Below, one piece after another: positions 19,416-29,405 of a DNA stretch of 55,684 bases. The stretch is from a virus (Duplodnaviria; Caudoviricetes), in the IMG/VR virus record IMGVR_UViG_3300037991_000591, positions 1 through 55,684 of that record; one strand, 5' to 3'. Within the stretch, counting starts at the first letter, position 1. The number at the start of each line of letters is the position of its first letter. The translations under genes were made by a program, and so were the position numbers. The notes under the pieces were generated by a model, which saw only the letters and a list, made by a program, of their open reading frames with translations, had not been told where the DNA came from and did not search any database.

Positions 19416-22400
19416 CTGCATAAGCAGATATGTCTTCAGCTACAAATGTTCCAAGACCACTACCAGCCCCACAATCATTACCTGCAAAAGGAGGTTGAGC
19501 CAAATATAAAGCTTGGGCTGCAGCAAAACTAACTGCTGAAAAATACAAAGCGTTACCTTGTCCACCACCACTAGCTGGATTAGCATTAGTTTTATCTATA
19601 GTTATAGTTGTAGTACCATTAGATAGTTGTTGAGTGGCATCATCTGGGTTTGTACATGGTATTGCTCCATAATAATAGTATCCATTTTCAGCACCTATTG
19701 AAGATCCTGATATTTCAAATCTAACCACAGATTGTTCGTTGCAGTTATCTGGACTATCGCAAGTATATGTTGTTTTTTCATAACTCGCAACATTACCAGC
19801 TCTGTTTAAATTAACTTCATAAACTGAATTTATAGATTCACCAGCATCTGCAAATTGTAACGTTATATCATAATCAGCTACATCAATTGTAGGACTTGCT
19901 ATAAATAATTTTGTTTGTATTTCACTACCAACTATATTGTTTGTTATAGTAAAATAATCGCTTAGTAATTCACCTTCTTCTAAAGCACTACCATTTTTAG
20001 TTATATTTGTTATTGCAACATTATAATCTAATGTTCTTAAAGTTGTGTTGTTAGCGCCATTATGAGACTCAATAGTTGTTAAAGCTGTTGTAATTGTTCT
20101 ATTTGTTGTCACGGGATTAGTACCTGCAGTTGTTATTTGAGGTTGAACATTACCTGGACCAACCGCGTTATTAGTTGCTGAAACAAAAACCTCAGATGTA
20201 ACACCACTATAAGTAGTTACAATTTTAAAAATAAAATTAAACAACCTAGCTTCTTCGTTATTACCAAAATAAACATTTGTGTAATAAGTAGGAGTAGTTT
20301 CTATATCAAAAGTAACAACGCTTACACCTGGTGTTCCTGTTCTAGTTATCGTAAAATAATCACTTACATCATTTCCAGGTATATTATTATCTGTAACACT
20401 GTCTATAGTTACATCTAACTGTGTTAAATTAGGGTCTACGGGGTCACTTATATCTACGCCGAATTGATCAACCACTTTAAACTCATTTGCTAAAATACTA
20501 TTTGTTGTTGCTAACCCTTCTGTCCAACCAGCTACATCAAAAGAGTCTATACCTGCGCCACCAGAACTTTCAGATAATATTAAAGAATTTAAATCTGATA
20601 TTAAACCACTGGTTGTAGTTTCCCAATATATATCTAAACTAGATACTGTAGGAGTTGTTTCGTATACACTTAAATATTGTAAACCAGGAACAGATAAACT
20701 ACCTTGATTACTCGCAGCGTATCCAGGTGCAAAAGTTAATATATCATCAGCCGACAAAGTAACAGCTTCTGATAATATTAAAGTAGGTGAACCAGCTGCA
20801 TTAGCTATATATATACCTTCTTTTAAACCAGGACCAGAAACAATCATGTCGTTAGCTGGTGTGCCTTCAAGATTTTTTAAAGTAACACTGGTATTATTGT
20901 TGACTGGCGTGTTAACTAATCCACTGGCTACAGCATAGTTTGTAGAAGCTATTTGTCCTATTTGATTTTCTGTACTTATTCTTGATATTAAAGGATTAGA
21001 TTTATCTAAATAAAACTGTGGAAAATAATTTGGTCGAGGTGGATCAGTAGGATCGTAATCAAATAAATCTGCAAGTGTAGATATTGTTGAAACTGTATCT
21101 GCTATTCTACCTGGGTTATATTGAGTATTTGCTTTACCTATATTAGTTGCAAAAATAAAACCAGCTGTACTTGTATCATAGTTTATACTTGTAGCAGTAT
21201 TTTGAACTCTACCAAATAATCTAACTGAACTTCTATACTGTTTTTGATCAGGACCAACTTCAGTTAAATCTCTAGGTACTTTATTTATATTATCATTTAT
21301 TAATACAGCATGTGAAGTACTTGTTACTTCTTTTGTAATATCTTCTGGATAAGCAGCCATTATACCAGGTAGATAAACATTATAATATTCTTGCTCTGTT
21401 TGTTTAACCACTATTTTATATGAATACCAACCTAATGGATTATAATCAACACTACTAGTATCATCATTATATAAACCTGGTGAGTTAGCATAACCACCAC
21501 TTATAGGATTATTAAATCTAATTTTTAAAGAATCACCTGGAAAACTTTCTTGAGTTGCGCTGTCTTCTAAATACGCAGAATAAACCGTATCTCCAATAAA
21601 AGTTGAAGAGCCAACGGTAACAGATTCTTTATTGTTTGATAATATAACAGAAGATTGTCTACCATATCTATCAGATAAAACTACACCTACTTGGTAGTTT
21701 CTATTTTGTTTTAAAGAAGAATTAGGATATTCTACTTTACTAGTACTATCAGTTTCTGTTCCAGCATCTTGAAAAACTAAAGTTTGACCAGCTACTAAAA
21801 CTACACTTTTATTAAGTGTAATATTAGGCGCAGAATAACTAGTTACTTGACCTAATGGAAAACCATTGTAATCACCTGAGTATACAGTTGATGATTGCCA
21901 ACCGTACACCACGTCTCCAACACTAGGTGTTTCAGGACCTACTAATGTTATTGGAATATTATTACCCGCGGGATAAGTAGCAGTAGCTGTAGATGTAGCT
22001 TTAGCGTTTATTACTTGAAAATTATTTTTATCACTAGCTTGTACATTATAATCTAAAGAACTTGGTGGTGTGTGTTTGTTTTCAAAATTACCATATATAA
22101 CTCTATTTCCAGATATTTCTTGAGCCAATGCTCTAACAGGTGTTTTATCAAAAACCCTTAACAACTCACTGTCTGGTAATGTTCTAAATGGTTTTATAGA
22201 GTTGTATTTATATTCATAAACGGATGGATTACCTATATAAACGAATTGACTAGCAGCTGCTGGTGGAGATGCTTGGTTTTTACTACAAGTTAATACTCCT
22301 GTAGCAGAGTCATAACTATCAACAAAAGAAAAATTAGCAACGCCTTTTCCACCTATTAATTCACCTGTTTTAACTGTTCCTATTACATTTATTAAGTTTA

Positions 22401-23721
22401 ATTTATTTGGCGCTGTAACTGGAGTAGATCCTAATTGCGCTCTTGCAGATGAATTAACTATATCTTCTATAGGTATTGTATCTATAACTCTAACGGCTAT
22501 ACCATCTGATTCTTTATATAATATATCTATTTCTTTAATTTTTAATTTATCTTGTAAACTAAATTTATTAAAAGGTAAAGGAATTATAAGTTTTATTTCA
22601 TCAACTTTATTTTCTACAAATTCTACTATGGTAGATCTATAAGCAGCTGCTTGGTCATCTTTATCTATAGCAGGAGTTTCTTGTCTTACATACATGAAAT
22701 AACCATCTTGCTTTGGTATAAAGGCAACTTGAGTAAATGGAGCCATTATAGAGTATTCATTATCATCAAATCTCCATCTATAACTAAATCTTACAAACTT
22801 ATCTTCTAAATAAGCTGGATCACCAGCAAATAAACCATCATAATAAGGGTTAGCATCTATTATTATTTCTGCACCAGCTGGAGTAGCTGGAGTACCCGCA
22901 CATGTTATTACACCTGTACTAGCATTATAAGAACTAACCGTCGCGGGTGTATCAACAATATTAGTTGTGCTAGTTGCTATATAGCTAATACTTTGCCCAG
23001 CAACAGGGTTTACACCTTTAGCTGTAGAAGGTGTAATTGTTATACTTGACCCAACAGAAGCACCTGGAGCTGTAGCTGTAAAACCAATAGGAGTAGTTTT
23101 ACTAGTTACATCTTTCATCGTGCTTTCATACTTATCCGTGCTTATAGCTGTAAAAGCGTTTTCATCTCTTTGTTGCCAAAGCTGTATGGCTTGATAAGGA
23201 TTGTATTTTGCTACGGATATTTGATCTTCTGTAGTATAATATCTATTATTATCAACAGCTCTTTCAATATTTATTTTTCTAGGTTGATTGCGGTTATCTG
23301 TCCAAAACAATAAATTTTCTACTATATTGACACCATGTATAGGATATAATTGAGAAAAATTTAAAAAAGGTGAAAGATAAATTAAATCCACATAAGTGTC
23401 TGTTAAAACGTTATATTGATATATATGGTGGTTTGATCCAACTCCAGTTGGAACATAATCTTCTGTTTTATTATCAGTTACAAAAAGATAAATAAAATTA
23501 TTAGTATCATCAGTAACCCAACCAATACACTTGCTATTTGCGGGAAAAGTTAAACCTGTTATTTTATTACCTAAAACGTTTTCCAGCTCACCTACATCTG
23601 GGCCTTCAGATTTACTAACCTGAACATTTCTTGCATCTCTATATTCTCCGTTTGGTACTAAACGAGCATCTAGGTCTTTGTTTAATTTACCTTTAACAAA
23701 GGTGTTAACAACTTTTGCCAT
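19402..23721 (-). CDS. Large tail stabilisation/nozzle protein
   Basis: N-terminal GKLNKDLDARLVPNGEYRDARNV, LLFWTDNRNQPRKIN and GNRVIYGN, as in Bacteroidota podophage tail proteins. Confidence 0.7.
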   Translation of the reverse strand: MAKVVNTFVKGKLNKDLDARLVPNGEYRDARNVQVSKSEGPDVGELENVLGNKITGLTFPANSKCIGWVTDDTNNFIYLFVTDNKTEDYVPTGVGSNHHIYQYNVLTDTYVDLIYLSPFLNFSQLYPIHGVNIVENLLFWTDNRNQPRKINIERAVDNNRYYTTEDQISVAKYNPYQAIQLWQQRDENAFTAISTDKYESTMKDVTSKTTPIGFTATAPGASVGSSITITPSTAKGVNPVAGQSISYIATSTTNIVDTPATVSSYNASTGVITCAGTPATPAGAEIIIDANPYYDGLFAGDPAYLEDKFVRFSYRWRFDDNEYSIMAPFTQVAFIPKQDGYFMYVRQETPAIDKDDQAAAYRSTIVEFVENKVDEIKLIIPLPFNKFSLQDKLKIKEIDILYKESDGIAVRVIDTIPIEDIVNSSARAQLGSTPVTAPNKLNLINVIGTVKTGELIGGKGVANFSFVDSYDSATGVLTCSKNQASPPAAASQFVYIGNPSVYEYKYNSIKPFRTLPDSELLRVFDKTPVRALAQEISGNRVIYGNFENKHTPPSSLDYNVQASDKNNFQVINAKATSTATATYPAGNNIPITLVGPETPSVGDVVYGWQSSTVYSGDYNGFPLGQVTSYSAPNITLNKSVVLVAGQTLVFQDAGTETDSTSKVEYPNSSLKQNRNYQVGVVLSDRYGRQSSVILSNNKESVTVGSSTFIGDTVYSAYLEDSATQESFPGDSLKIRFNNPISGGYANSPGLYNDDTSSVDYNPLGWYSYKIVVKQTEQEYYNVYLPGIMAAYPEDITKEVTSTSHAVLINDNINKVPRDLTEVGPDQKQYRSSVRLFGRVQNTATSINYDTSTAGFIFATNIGKANTQYNPGRIADTVSTISTLADLFDYDPTDPPRPNYFPQFYLDKSNPLISRISTENQIGQIASTNYAVASGLVNTPVNNNTSVTLKNLEGTPANDMIVSGPGLKEGIYIANAAGSPTLILSEAVTLSADDILTFAPGYAASNQGSLSVPGLQYLSVYETTPTVSSLDIYWETTTSGLISDLNSLILSESSGGAGIDSFDVAGWTEGLATTNSILANEFKVVDQFGVDISDPVDPNLTQLDVTIDSVTDNNIPGNDVSDYFTITRTGTPGVSVVTFDIETTPTYYTNVYFGNNEEARLFNFIFKIVTTYSGVTSEVFVSATNNAVGPGNVQPQITTAGTNPVTTNRTITTALTTIESHNGANNTTLRTLDYNVAITNITKNGSALEEGELLSDYFTITNNIVGSEIQTKLFIASPTIDVADYDITLQFADAGESINSVYEVNLNRAGNVASYEKTTYTCDSPDNCNEQSVVRFEISGSSIGAENGYYYYGAIPCTNPDDATQQLSNGTTTITIDKTNANPASGGGQGNALYFSAVSFAAAQALYLAQPPFAGNDCGAGSGLGTFVAEDISAYAVEII

Positions 23722-23727
23722 TAAATT

Positions 23728-24960
23728 TTAGTGTTTTATCCATTTAGATTTACCTCTCATAACTTGAGTTATTTCTTCAAGTTTGATATTTGATAACCTT
23801 ATTTTTGCGTTACGCAAAGCCGCGTATCTATCTTTTTTATATCTTTGAACTATTCCTTCTGGTACATTAGCTCTTGTAGATAAGATGTTATATGATATAC
23901 TTTTATACATAGCTTCTTCAGCCATTTTAGGAACTTTAGTGTCTAAGTCATAAGCAAGACCATCGGATATATATTCAAATACAATTAACTTACCTGCTAA
24001 ATTACTAGAAAAACTAAATTTACCTTCTCTTTCATTTATACCAAACCAACCATTTACTTGTGATCTTTGTGGATCAAGACCGTATAATCTACCCCAGTTC
24101 CATGGCCCATTTAAACTGTATAAATCTTGATTAGCGAAACCAAAGTATTCAAAATCTGAATACCAACTAGAATTTAACAATCTAGTATTATTACTTTTCC
24201 ATCTTGATTCTGTAATAGATGTTCCCTCTAAATCTTCACCAAAGTTATCTTGTGTTGGCACACCTGTTCCATCTTGTAGTAAACTAGAATATGGATCAAT
24301 AGTTAGATTGTTAGCTGGATATATAGGTCTTTTAACACCTAATTCATCTATCCAAGACAAGTTAACATAGTTAACATAATCCTGTGGTATAATTAAAGAC
24401 AAGCTACTAGGTATTGTCAACTCTTGAGATCTAATACTTTTTAACGTATCGTAACTAAACTCTTGTAGTGATCTTTTAGCAAAGAAAACAACATCAGATT
24501 TTTTACATGTTTGAATTAATTTACCATCACCAACATAACCAACCATGTAGTTGTTTACTATGTCATTTAGTTTTAGATACTGGTAACCACCGTAGTTATC
24601 TTCTACAGCTTGACCATAAGCTTTTTCAGCAGCAGTAGTTCCATACTTACCACCGTCTAATATTTTAAGTTGTACTACTATAAAAACACTCGCCCCAGGA
24701 TTACCTGTTATAGTGATTATATTATTAACTACCGTGTAAGCAGCTGTGTACTCTGTAAAAGTACCAGGTAGACCAGTAGCGCTTGTATATACTTTAAAGT
24801 TATTTTTAGCATAATTTTCATTAGTAGGATCATAACTACCAAAAACTAAATCAGTATTAAAAGTTGTAGTAAATGTCTGACCAGCTGTATTACCTGCATC
24901 TCCTCTAAAGCTTTGTGAACCTTGATAATATTGTGCGTTAGTTTCTGTTATTTGTGACAT
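23728..24960 (-). CDS. Tail ring/connector protein
   Basis: IPQDYVNY and FEYISDG motifs; synteny after the capsid. Confidence 0.55.
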   Translation of the reverse strand: MSQITETNAQYYQGSQSFRGDAGNTAGQTFTTTFNTDLVFGSYDPTNENYAKNNFKVYTSATGLPGTFTEYTAAYTVVNNIITITGNPGASVFIVVQLKILDGGKYGTTAAEKAYGQAVEDNYGGYQYLKLNDIVNNYMVGYVGDGKLIQTCKKSDVVFFAKRSLQEFSYDTLKSIRSQELTIPSSLSLIIPQDYVNYVNLSWIDELGVKRPIYPANNLTIDPYSSLLQDGTGVPTQDNFGEDLEGTSITESRWKSNNTRLLNSSWYSDFEYFGFANQDLYSLNGPWNWGRLYGLDPQRSQVNGWFGINEREGKFSFSSNLAGKLIVFEYISDGLAYDLDTKVPKMAEEAMYKSISYNILSTRANVPEGIVQRYKKDRYAALRNAKIRLSNIKLEEITQVMRGKSKWIKH

Positions 24961-25718
24961 TATGATTTTTCGTTTTGTTCAACCTTAGCAGCGTCTTGTG
25001 TGGCTACTTGAATTATTTCAGGATCTCTTATGATAACACCTGCGTATTTTAATATTCCTATAATTACATTAGTTTGCTCAGAAATGTCTAGTTGAAAATC
25101 AACTGACGTTGCGCTATTATATAAATATTGACCTAAAGTACCAGTTGTAAAAGCCCAGTTAGGATTTGTTGGGTTTACTATACAATTAGCTTTTACCACG
25201 TCTGGTTTAGGTGATATTTTTAATAACACTTGTGGAGACGAGCCTGCTGGTACTACAGCATTAGTTATATAAGCTAAAGGATATTGATTAGTAGGACTAG
25301 TTAGTTTTGATTTACTGACTTCAGTATATTCTTTTTTACTAGATACTTGAGTTACGGAATCGTATTGAGGATTTGTTGTGTTGTAAGTAGATATTATTTC
25401 ACCTATTCTATATAATGGTCTTGAGCCACCATATATCCAACCTGTATTAGCTACATTATAGGTAAAACTAGTTTCTTCTTCAAAAGGATACAGTTTATAA
25501 GCATTATCTTTAAACATGTTAAAAAACTCTGTATCATTTTGTGTATTGTTTTGATTTACTCTATTTAATTGATTGCCGTCAGGAAAATAAGATTCAAATA
25601 TTTCTTGCTGTACCTGTACTGCTAAACTATTAAATTCAGCTGGTGGAATATAACCTCTTTGTTCTTTGTTTAAAATGTACAAGACTGTTGTGTATACTGT
25701 ATTTATATTTACCGCCAT
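24960..25718 (-). CDS. Head-tail adaptor/ring protein
   Basis: LNKEQRGYIPPAEFN...ILKYAGVII; synteny. Confidence 0.55.
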   Translation of the reverse strand: MAVNINTVYTTVLYILNKEQRGYIPPAEFNSLAVQVQQEIFESYFPDGNQLNRVNQNNTQNDTEFFNMFKDNAYKLYPFEEETSFTYNVANTGWIYGGSRPLYRIGEIISTYNTTNPQYDSVTQVSSKKEYTEVSKSKLTSPTNQYPLAYITNAVVPAGSSPQVLLKISPKPDVVKANCIVNPTNPNWAFTTGTLGQYLYNSATSVDFQLDISEQTNVIIGILKYAGVIIRDPEIIQVATQDAAKVEQNEKS

Positions 25719-25732
25719 TATATTTTTTTATT

Positions 25733-25767
25733 ATAACACAGAGGTGACTTTCGCCACCCCTATATTA
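25733..25767 (-). promoter_or_regulatory. GAAA-tetraloop hairpin in a 5' leader
   Basis: GGGGTGGC-GAAA-GTCACCTC with extendable G-U pairs; no following U-tract; directly after the late-promoter motif. Confidence 0.5.
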
Positions 25768-25793
25768 TTATCACTTGTTAATTAAGTTTTTTA
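25766..25793 (-). promoter_or_regulatory. Putative late promoter
   Basis: TAAAAA-N13-GTGATAATA. Confidence 0.5.
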
Positions 25794-26599
25794 TCTATAG
25801 ATTTATAGATTTCTACACCTTCATCTGTTTTTAAGAAAGCAGCAAAGGCTGAATATGGATTTTCATCAAATGGAACATTCATTAGTTTTCTACCGTTTGA
25901 TCCCCATGTAAATGTTCTTTGATCTTGAGATAATAGAATAATACCTTCTTCACTAGCTCTAATTGCTATGTTTCTAAGCATTACATTTTCATCTTTTGCT
26001 AAGTCCATAAATAATTTTGGATCTTGTTTAGCAAACAATAATATATCTCTTTTTAATTCTTTAGAACTCATAGTGTTAACTTCAGAACCTTTTTCAACTC
26101 TTAAAATAGCTTCTGCTTGGTCAATATCTATGTTTCTTGCAGCGTTTAACGCCTCTATCTCCATTTCTAAATCAACTAATTCATCTTGCGCTACAGCAAC
26201 TGGTTTAAATTCATAGTATATCTTGTTTTTTAACGGATGATATAAACTTAATAGTTTTTGTAATGCAATGTTTTTAGCAGGTACTCTTAATTCACCATCT
26301 TGAAATCTAATGTGACCAAGAGTTACTTCACCTTTTTGTTCATCTACAAATGGACTACTCATGTTTGTAGCATATCTTAATTCTCTTTGACTTTGAGTTT
26401 CAGAATCAAAATATAGTAATGAGTGTTTTCTAGTATGTTTACCTGGTATAGTAAGTGTTAACGGTGATTTGTTACCTACTAAAAAGTAAATTCTATCTTT
26501 AACTTCCCAACCTTGTTTTTTAACTGGTTGTTCTTTTACTTGTGGTTTTTCTACCACTGCTACTGTTTCTTCAACAACAGCTTTTTCTTTTTTTGCCAT
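25778..26599 (-). CDS. Conserved-type post-capsid protein (possible head cargo)
   Basis: 273-aa ORF directly downstream of the capsid gene. Confidence 0.55.
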   Translation of the reverse strand: MAKKEKAVVEETVAVVEKPQVKEQPVKKQGWEVKDRIYFLVGNKSPLTLTIPGKHTRKHSLLYFDSETQSQRELRYATNMSSPFVDEQKGEVTLGHIRFQDGELRVPAKNIALQKLLSLYHPLKNKIYYEFKPVAVAQDELVDLEMEIEALNAARNIDIDQAEAILRVEKGSEVNTMSSKELKRDILLFAKQDPKLFMDLAKDENVMLRNIAIRASEEGIILLSQDQRTFTWGSNGRKLMNVPFDENPYSAFAAFLKTDEGVEIYKSIDKKLN

Positions 26600-26622
26600 A
26601 ATATAATATAATTAAATAGTTT

Positions 26623-26663
26623 AAAAAAATAATTACCCCTGCCCGAAGACAGGGATAGTTATT
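26623..26663 (-). terminator. Rho-independent terminator after the major capsid gene
   Basis: CCCTGTC-TTCG-GGCAGGG (UUCG tetraloop), extended AT stem, then a U7 run. Confidence 0.8.
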
Positions 26664-26675
26664 ATATTTGAATCA

Positions 26676-28145
26676 TTAGATTCCTTTGAATAATACAAAG
26701 TTGTTAGCAGCTTGAGTTACTAAACATCTTTCTGATAGGAAGTTAATTTCCATAGCATCAAGAGTTGATGTAAACGCACCACCAGCAGAACCAGTTACCC
26801 AAGACTTCATTCTTCTGTCGTCAGCTTGAGAAGCTCTATAACGAACGTGTAAGAAAGGTCTTCTGATATTAGTTCCTAAGATTTGATCGTAAACAGTAGA
26901 TGTTCCAGCAGGTACTAATACACCTTCGATTGAATTGATACCGTTAATCGCACCTCTTGTAGAAGCATCGTTTAAGTATTTCCAATCAGTTTTGTAAAAG
27001 TCATAAGAACCTCTTCTGAATCCAGAGAAACCTAAGTTAAGTGCCATTTCTTCTGAGTTTTCAAATAAACCAAAAGCAACACCACCATTAAATCCTGCAG
27101 ATATACCAGCTAGCATATCATCAAAATCTAAAGCTGTTTGTCTTTGTAAGAAAAGCATGTTTTCTTCAATAGCACCTTGAGTATCTAGGTTTTTAAGGAT
27201 AGCATCAAAATCAGTGATACCAGCAGCAGCAGTAAATCCTACTTCTACGTTACCTCTTGCTGAAATAGCAGCAAATAAACCTTCAGTACCTGGTAATTTC
27301 AAGTTTCCGTAATCCCCAGCAGCGTGAGCATTCTTTTCACCTTCAACACATACCATTTCTAGGTAGTCTTCGAATCTTAATCTAGTTTCAGATTCAGCTT
27401 TTAAATACCATAAGTATCCAGAAGCACCATCTTCAGTAGCAACTTCAACCCATCCGATTTGAGCCATATCAGAACCATTAACGATGTATTGGTCTCTAAT
27501 AATAACTGGAGAGTTGTTGTATTGAGTAAATGCAGGCTCAACACTAATTCTTACAGAATCAGCACCAGTACCAGCAGTACTTCTACCTTTGCTATATGCA
27601 GAACCGTAAACAAATACTTTTAATCCAGTAGCTGTAAAACCTTGAGCGATCAAAGTAGTTACAGGATCAAAACATTGTACTACAACATTACCACCAGCAC
27701 CTGGTGTAGTTGCTAATACGATACATTTAGCTTCTTTTCCTGTAGCAGGATCTAAAACTACGATTGTATCGTTTACGCTCATTACGTTGTTTGCACCACC
27801 CGCAACTGTAAGAGTTGTAGGGTTTGTACCTACAGCACCTGCAGCAGCAGCAGCTACGCCGTCATATGCAATATGTAATCTATTTTGTTCTGACCAGATT
27901 ACTTGATCACTTGTCATTGGCATTTCAGCGCCAACCATTCTTAAAAATCCAGATAATGTTCTATTACCATAACGCTCTACTTCTTGTTCGTAAACCTCTG
28001 GTAAATATTGAGCAGCGAAATCTGAAAAATTGTCTGGAACTGCACCACCACCACCATTGTTAGTAAACTGTAAATAATTACTGTTTAGCAACTCTTGTTT
28101 TTGCGATGGTATAATTGATCCAAACTGTGGAGTTAATGTACCCAT
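26676..28145 (-). CDS. Major capsid protein
   Basis: 489 aa, after portal and scaffold, followed by a strong terminator; biased codon usage; GTEGLFAAI and LNLGFSGF motifs. Confidence 0.8.
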   Translation of the reverse strand: MGTLTPQFGSIIPSQKQELLNSNYLQFTNNGGGGAVPDNFSDFAAQYLPEVYEQEVERYGNRTLSGFLRMVGAEMPMTSDQVIWSEQNRLHIAYDGVAAAAAGAVGTNPTTLTVAGGANNVMSVNDTIVVLDPATGKEAKCIVLATTPGAGGNVVVQCFDPVTTLIAQGFTATGLKVFVYGSAYSKGRSTAGTGADSVRISVEPAFTQYNNSPVIIRDQYIVNGSDMAQIGWVEVATEDGASGYLWYLKAESETRLRFEDYLEMVCVEGEKNAHAAGDYGNLKLPGTEGLFAAISARGNVEVGFTAAAGITDFDAILKNLDTQGAIEENMLFLQRQTALDFDDMLAGISAGFNGGVAFGLFENSEEMALNLGFSGFRRGSYDFYKTDWKYLNDASTRGAINGINSIEGVLVPAGTSTVYDQILGTNIRRPFLHVRYRASQADDRRMKSWVTGSAGGAFTSTLDAMEINFLSERCLVTQAANNFVLFKGI

Positions 28146-28157
28146 AATTGTTTAATT

Positions 28158-29378
28158 TTAATTGTTAAATTTTCGTGTTTTAATTTTAAGTCGCGTAGAA
28201 TCTGCACCACTAATTGATTTTACTTTCAAGCCACCAACGAAAACTTCACCTGTATTACCTTCTCTTGCTTTCACACTAGAAAGATTTTTAGATTTGTTTA
28301 CTACATCCTTTACGGCATCGGCTTTACCTTGTTCATAAAAATGACTAGCGATCTTATCTACATTTTCAGCGGCATACATTGCTTTATGATAACCAGCTGG
28401 GTCTACCACATTACCATCGCCATCAAGGAACTTCCCTATGAGATTGTTAATATTTGACTGGTTCTCTGCAACTTTATCACGATTCTGTATATTATACTTA
28501 TACCTCTTTTCTCCAACTTGAAAATCAAAACCTTTGAAATCTTCGCTAAATAATTTTTTAGTTTTAAGTTTAAAATCTTCGTGTAATTGCTCAGCTTGTT
28601 CTTGCTGCTTGTTGTAACGGTTGAAAAAGTCCATAGCTTTTTGTTGTTCTTGATTAACACCCGGTCTCATCTTGATCTCGTCGTAATACTTTTGTTTCAA
28701 GTCTTCCAAATAGTTTTTGGCTTTCGCAACTTCTTCTTTAAACGCAATTTTCTTTTTGCGTATATCTCTTTCCTCATCAACTTCTGAATCCCATGCAAAA
28801 TCTTCTAAAATAAGATTTACATCTTCAGAATCTAAATGAGGTTTATTTTTTCTGTAATATTCTTTTAACAATGCTTTCTCATCTACATTAGAGTAGTCAG
28901 CGTTTAATCTAACATAATCTTCTACAGTACCTCCAGTTTCTTCCATGAATGAAACTAGTTTTTCTATATTTTCAGGTAATTGCTTACCAAGTACTTTTTC
29001 GTCTCTAATAGCTTCTTTAACCTCTGCTTCAACTTCTTTGACTTCAGCTTCAGTTACTTCTTGGATCGGAGAAAACCCTTCAGTAGTCTCGTTGGACTCT
29101 TGTACAGGTTCTCCCACCTTTGCGCTATCTCCGGATGGTTCTTCCACAGATACCTCCTTTGTTTCTCCGATTTGAATGGCATCGTCTTCTTGTTTTACTT
29201 CTTCTTTTTTAATTTCAACCTTTGTTATATTAGGCTCTACATCTACTAAAGGCTCTTTTAAATTAACCTTTGTTATTTCTTGTTCTTTGTTACCTAATTG
29301 TTTCGGTTTTTTTGGTTTTGACTTTATTTTAAAGTCACCTTCCTGTTTAACAGGCTCATTTGTTTTTACTTCTGACAT
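28158..29378 (-). CDS. Scaffolding-like acidic protein
   Basis: E/K-rich disordered N-terminus and helical C-terminus; lies between portal and capsid. Confidence 0.6.
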   Translation of the reverse strand: MSEVKTNEPVKQEGDFKIKSKPKKPKQLGNKEQEITKVNLKEPLVDVEPNITKVEIKKEEVKQEDDAIQIGETKEVSVEEPSGDSAKVGEPVQESNETTEGFSPIQEVTEAEVKEVEAEVKEAIRDEKVLGKQLPENIEKLVSFMEETGGTVEDYVRLNADYSNVDEKALLKEYYRKNKPHLDSEDVNLILEDFAWDSEVDEERDIRKKKIAFKEEVAKAKNYLEDLKQKYYDEIKMRPGVNQEQQKAMDFFNRYNKQQEQAEQLHEDFKLKTKKLFSEDFKGFDFQVGEKRYKYNIQNRDKVAENQSNINNLIGKFLDGDGNVVDPAGYHKAMYAAENVDKIASHFYEQGKADAVKDVVNKSKNLSSVKAREGNTGEVFVGGLKVKSISGADSTRLKIKTRKFNN

Positions 29379-29405
29379 AATATAATATAATTAAATAATT
29401 AATAT

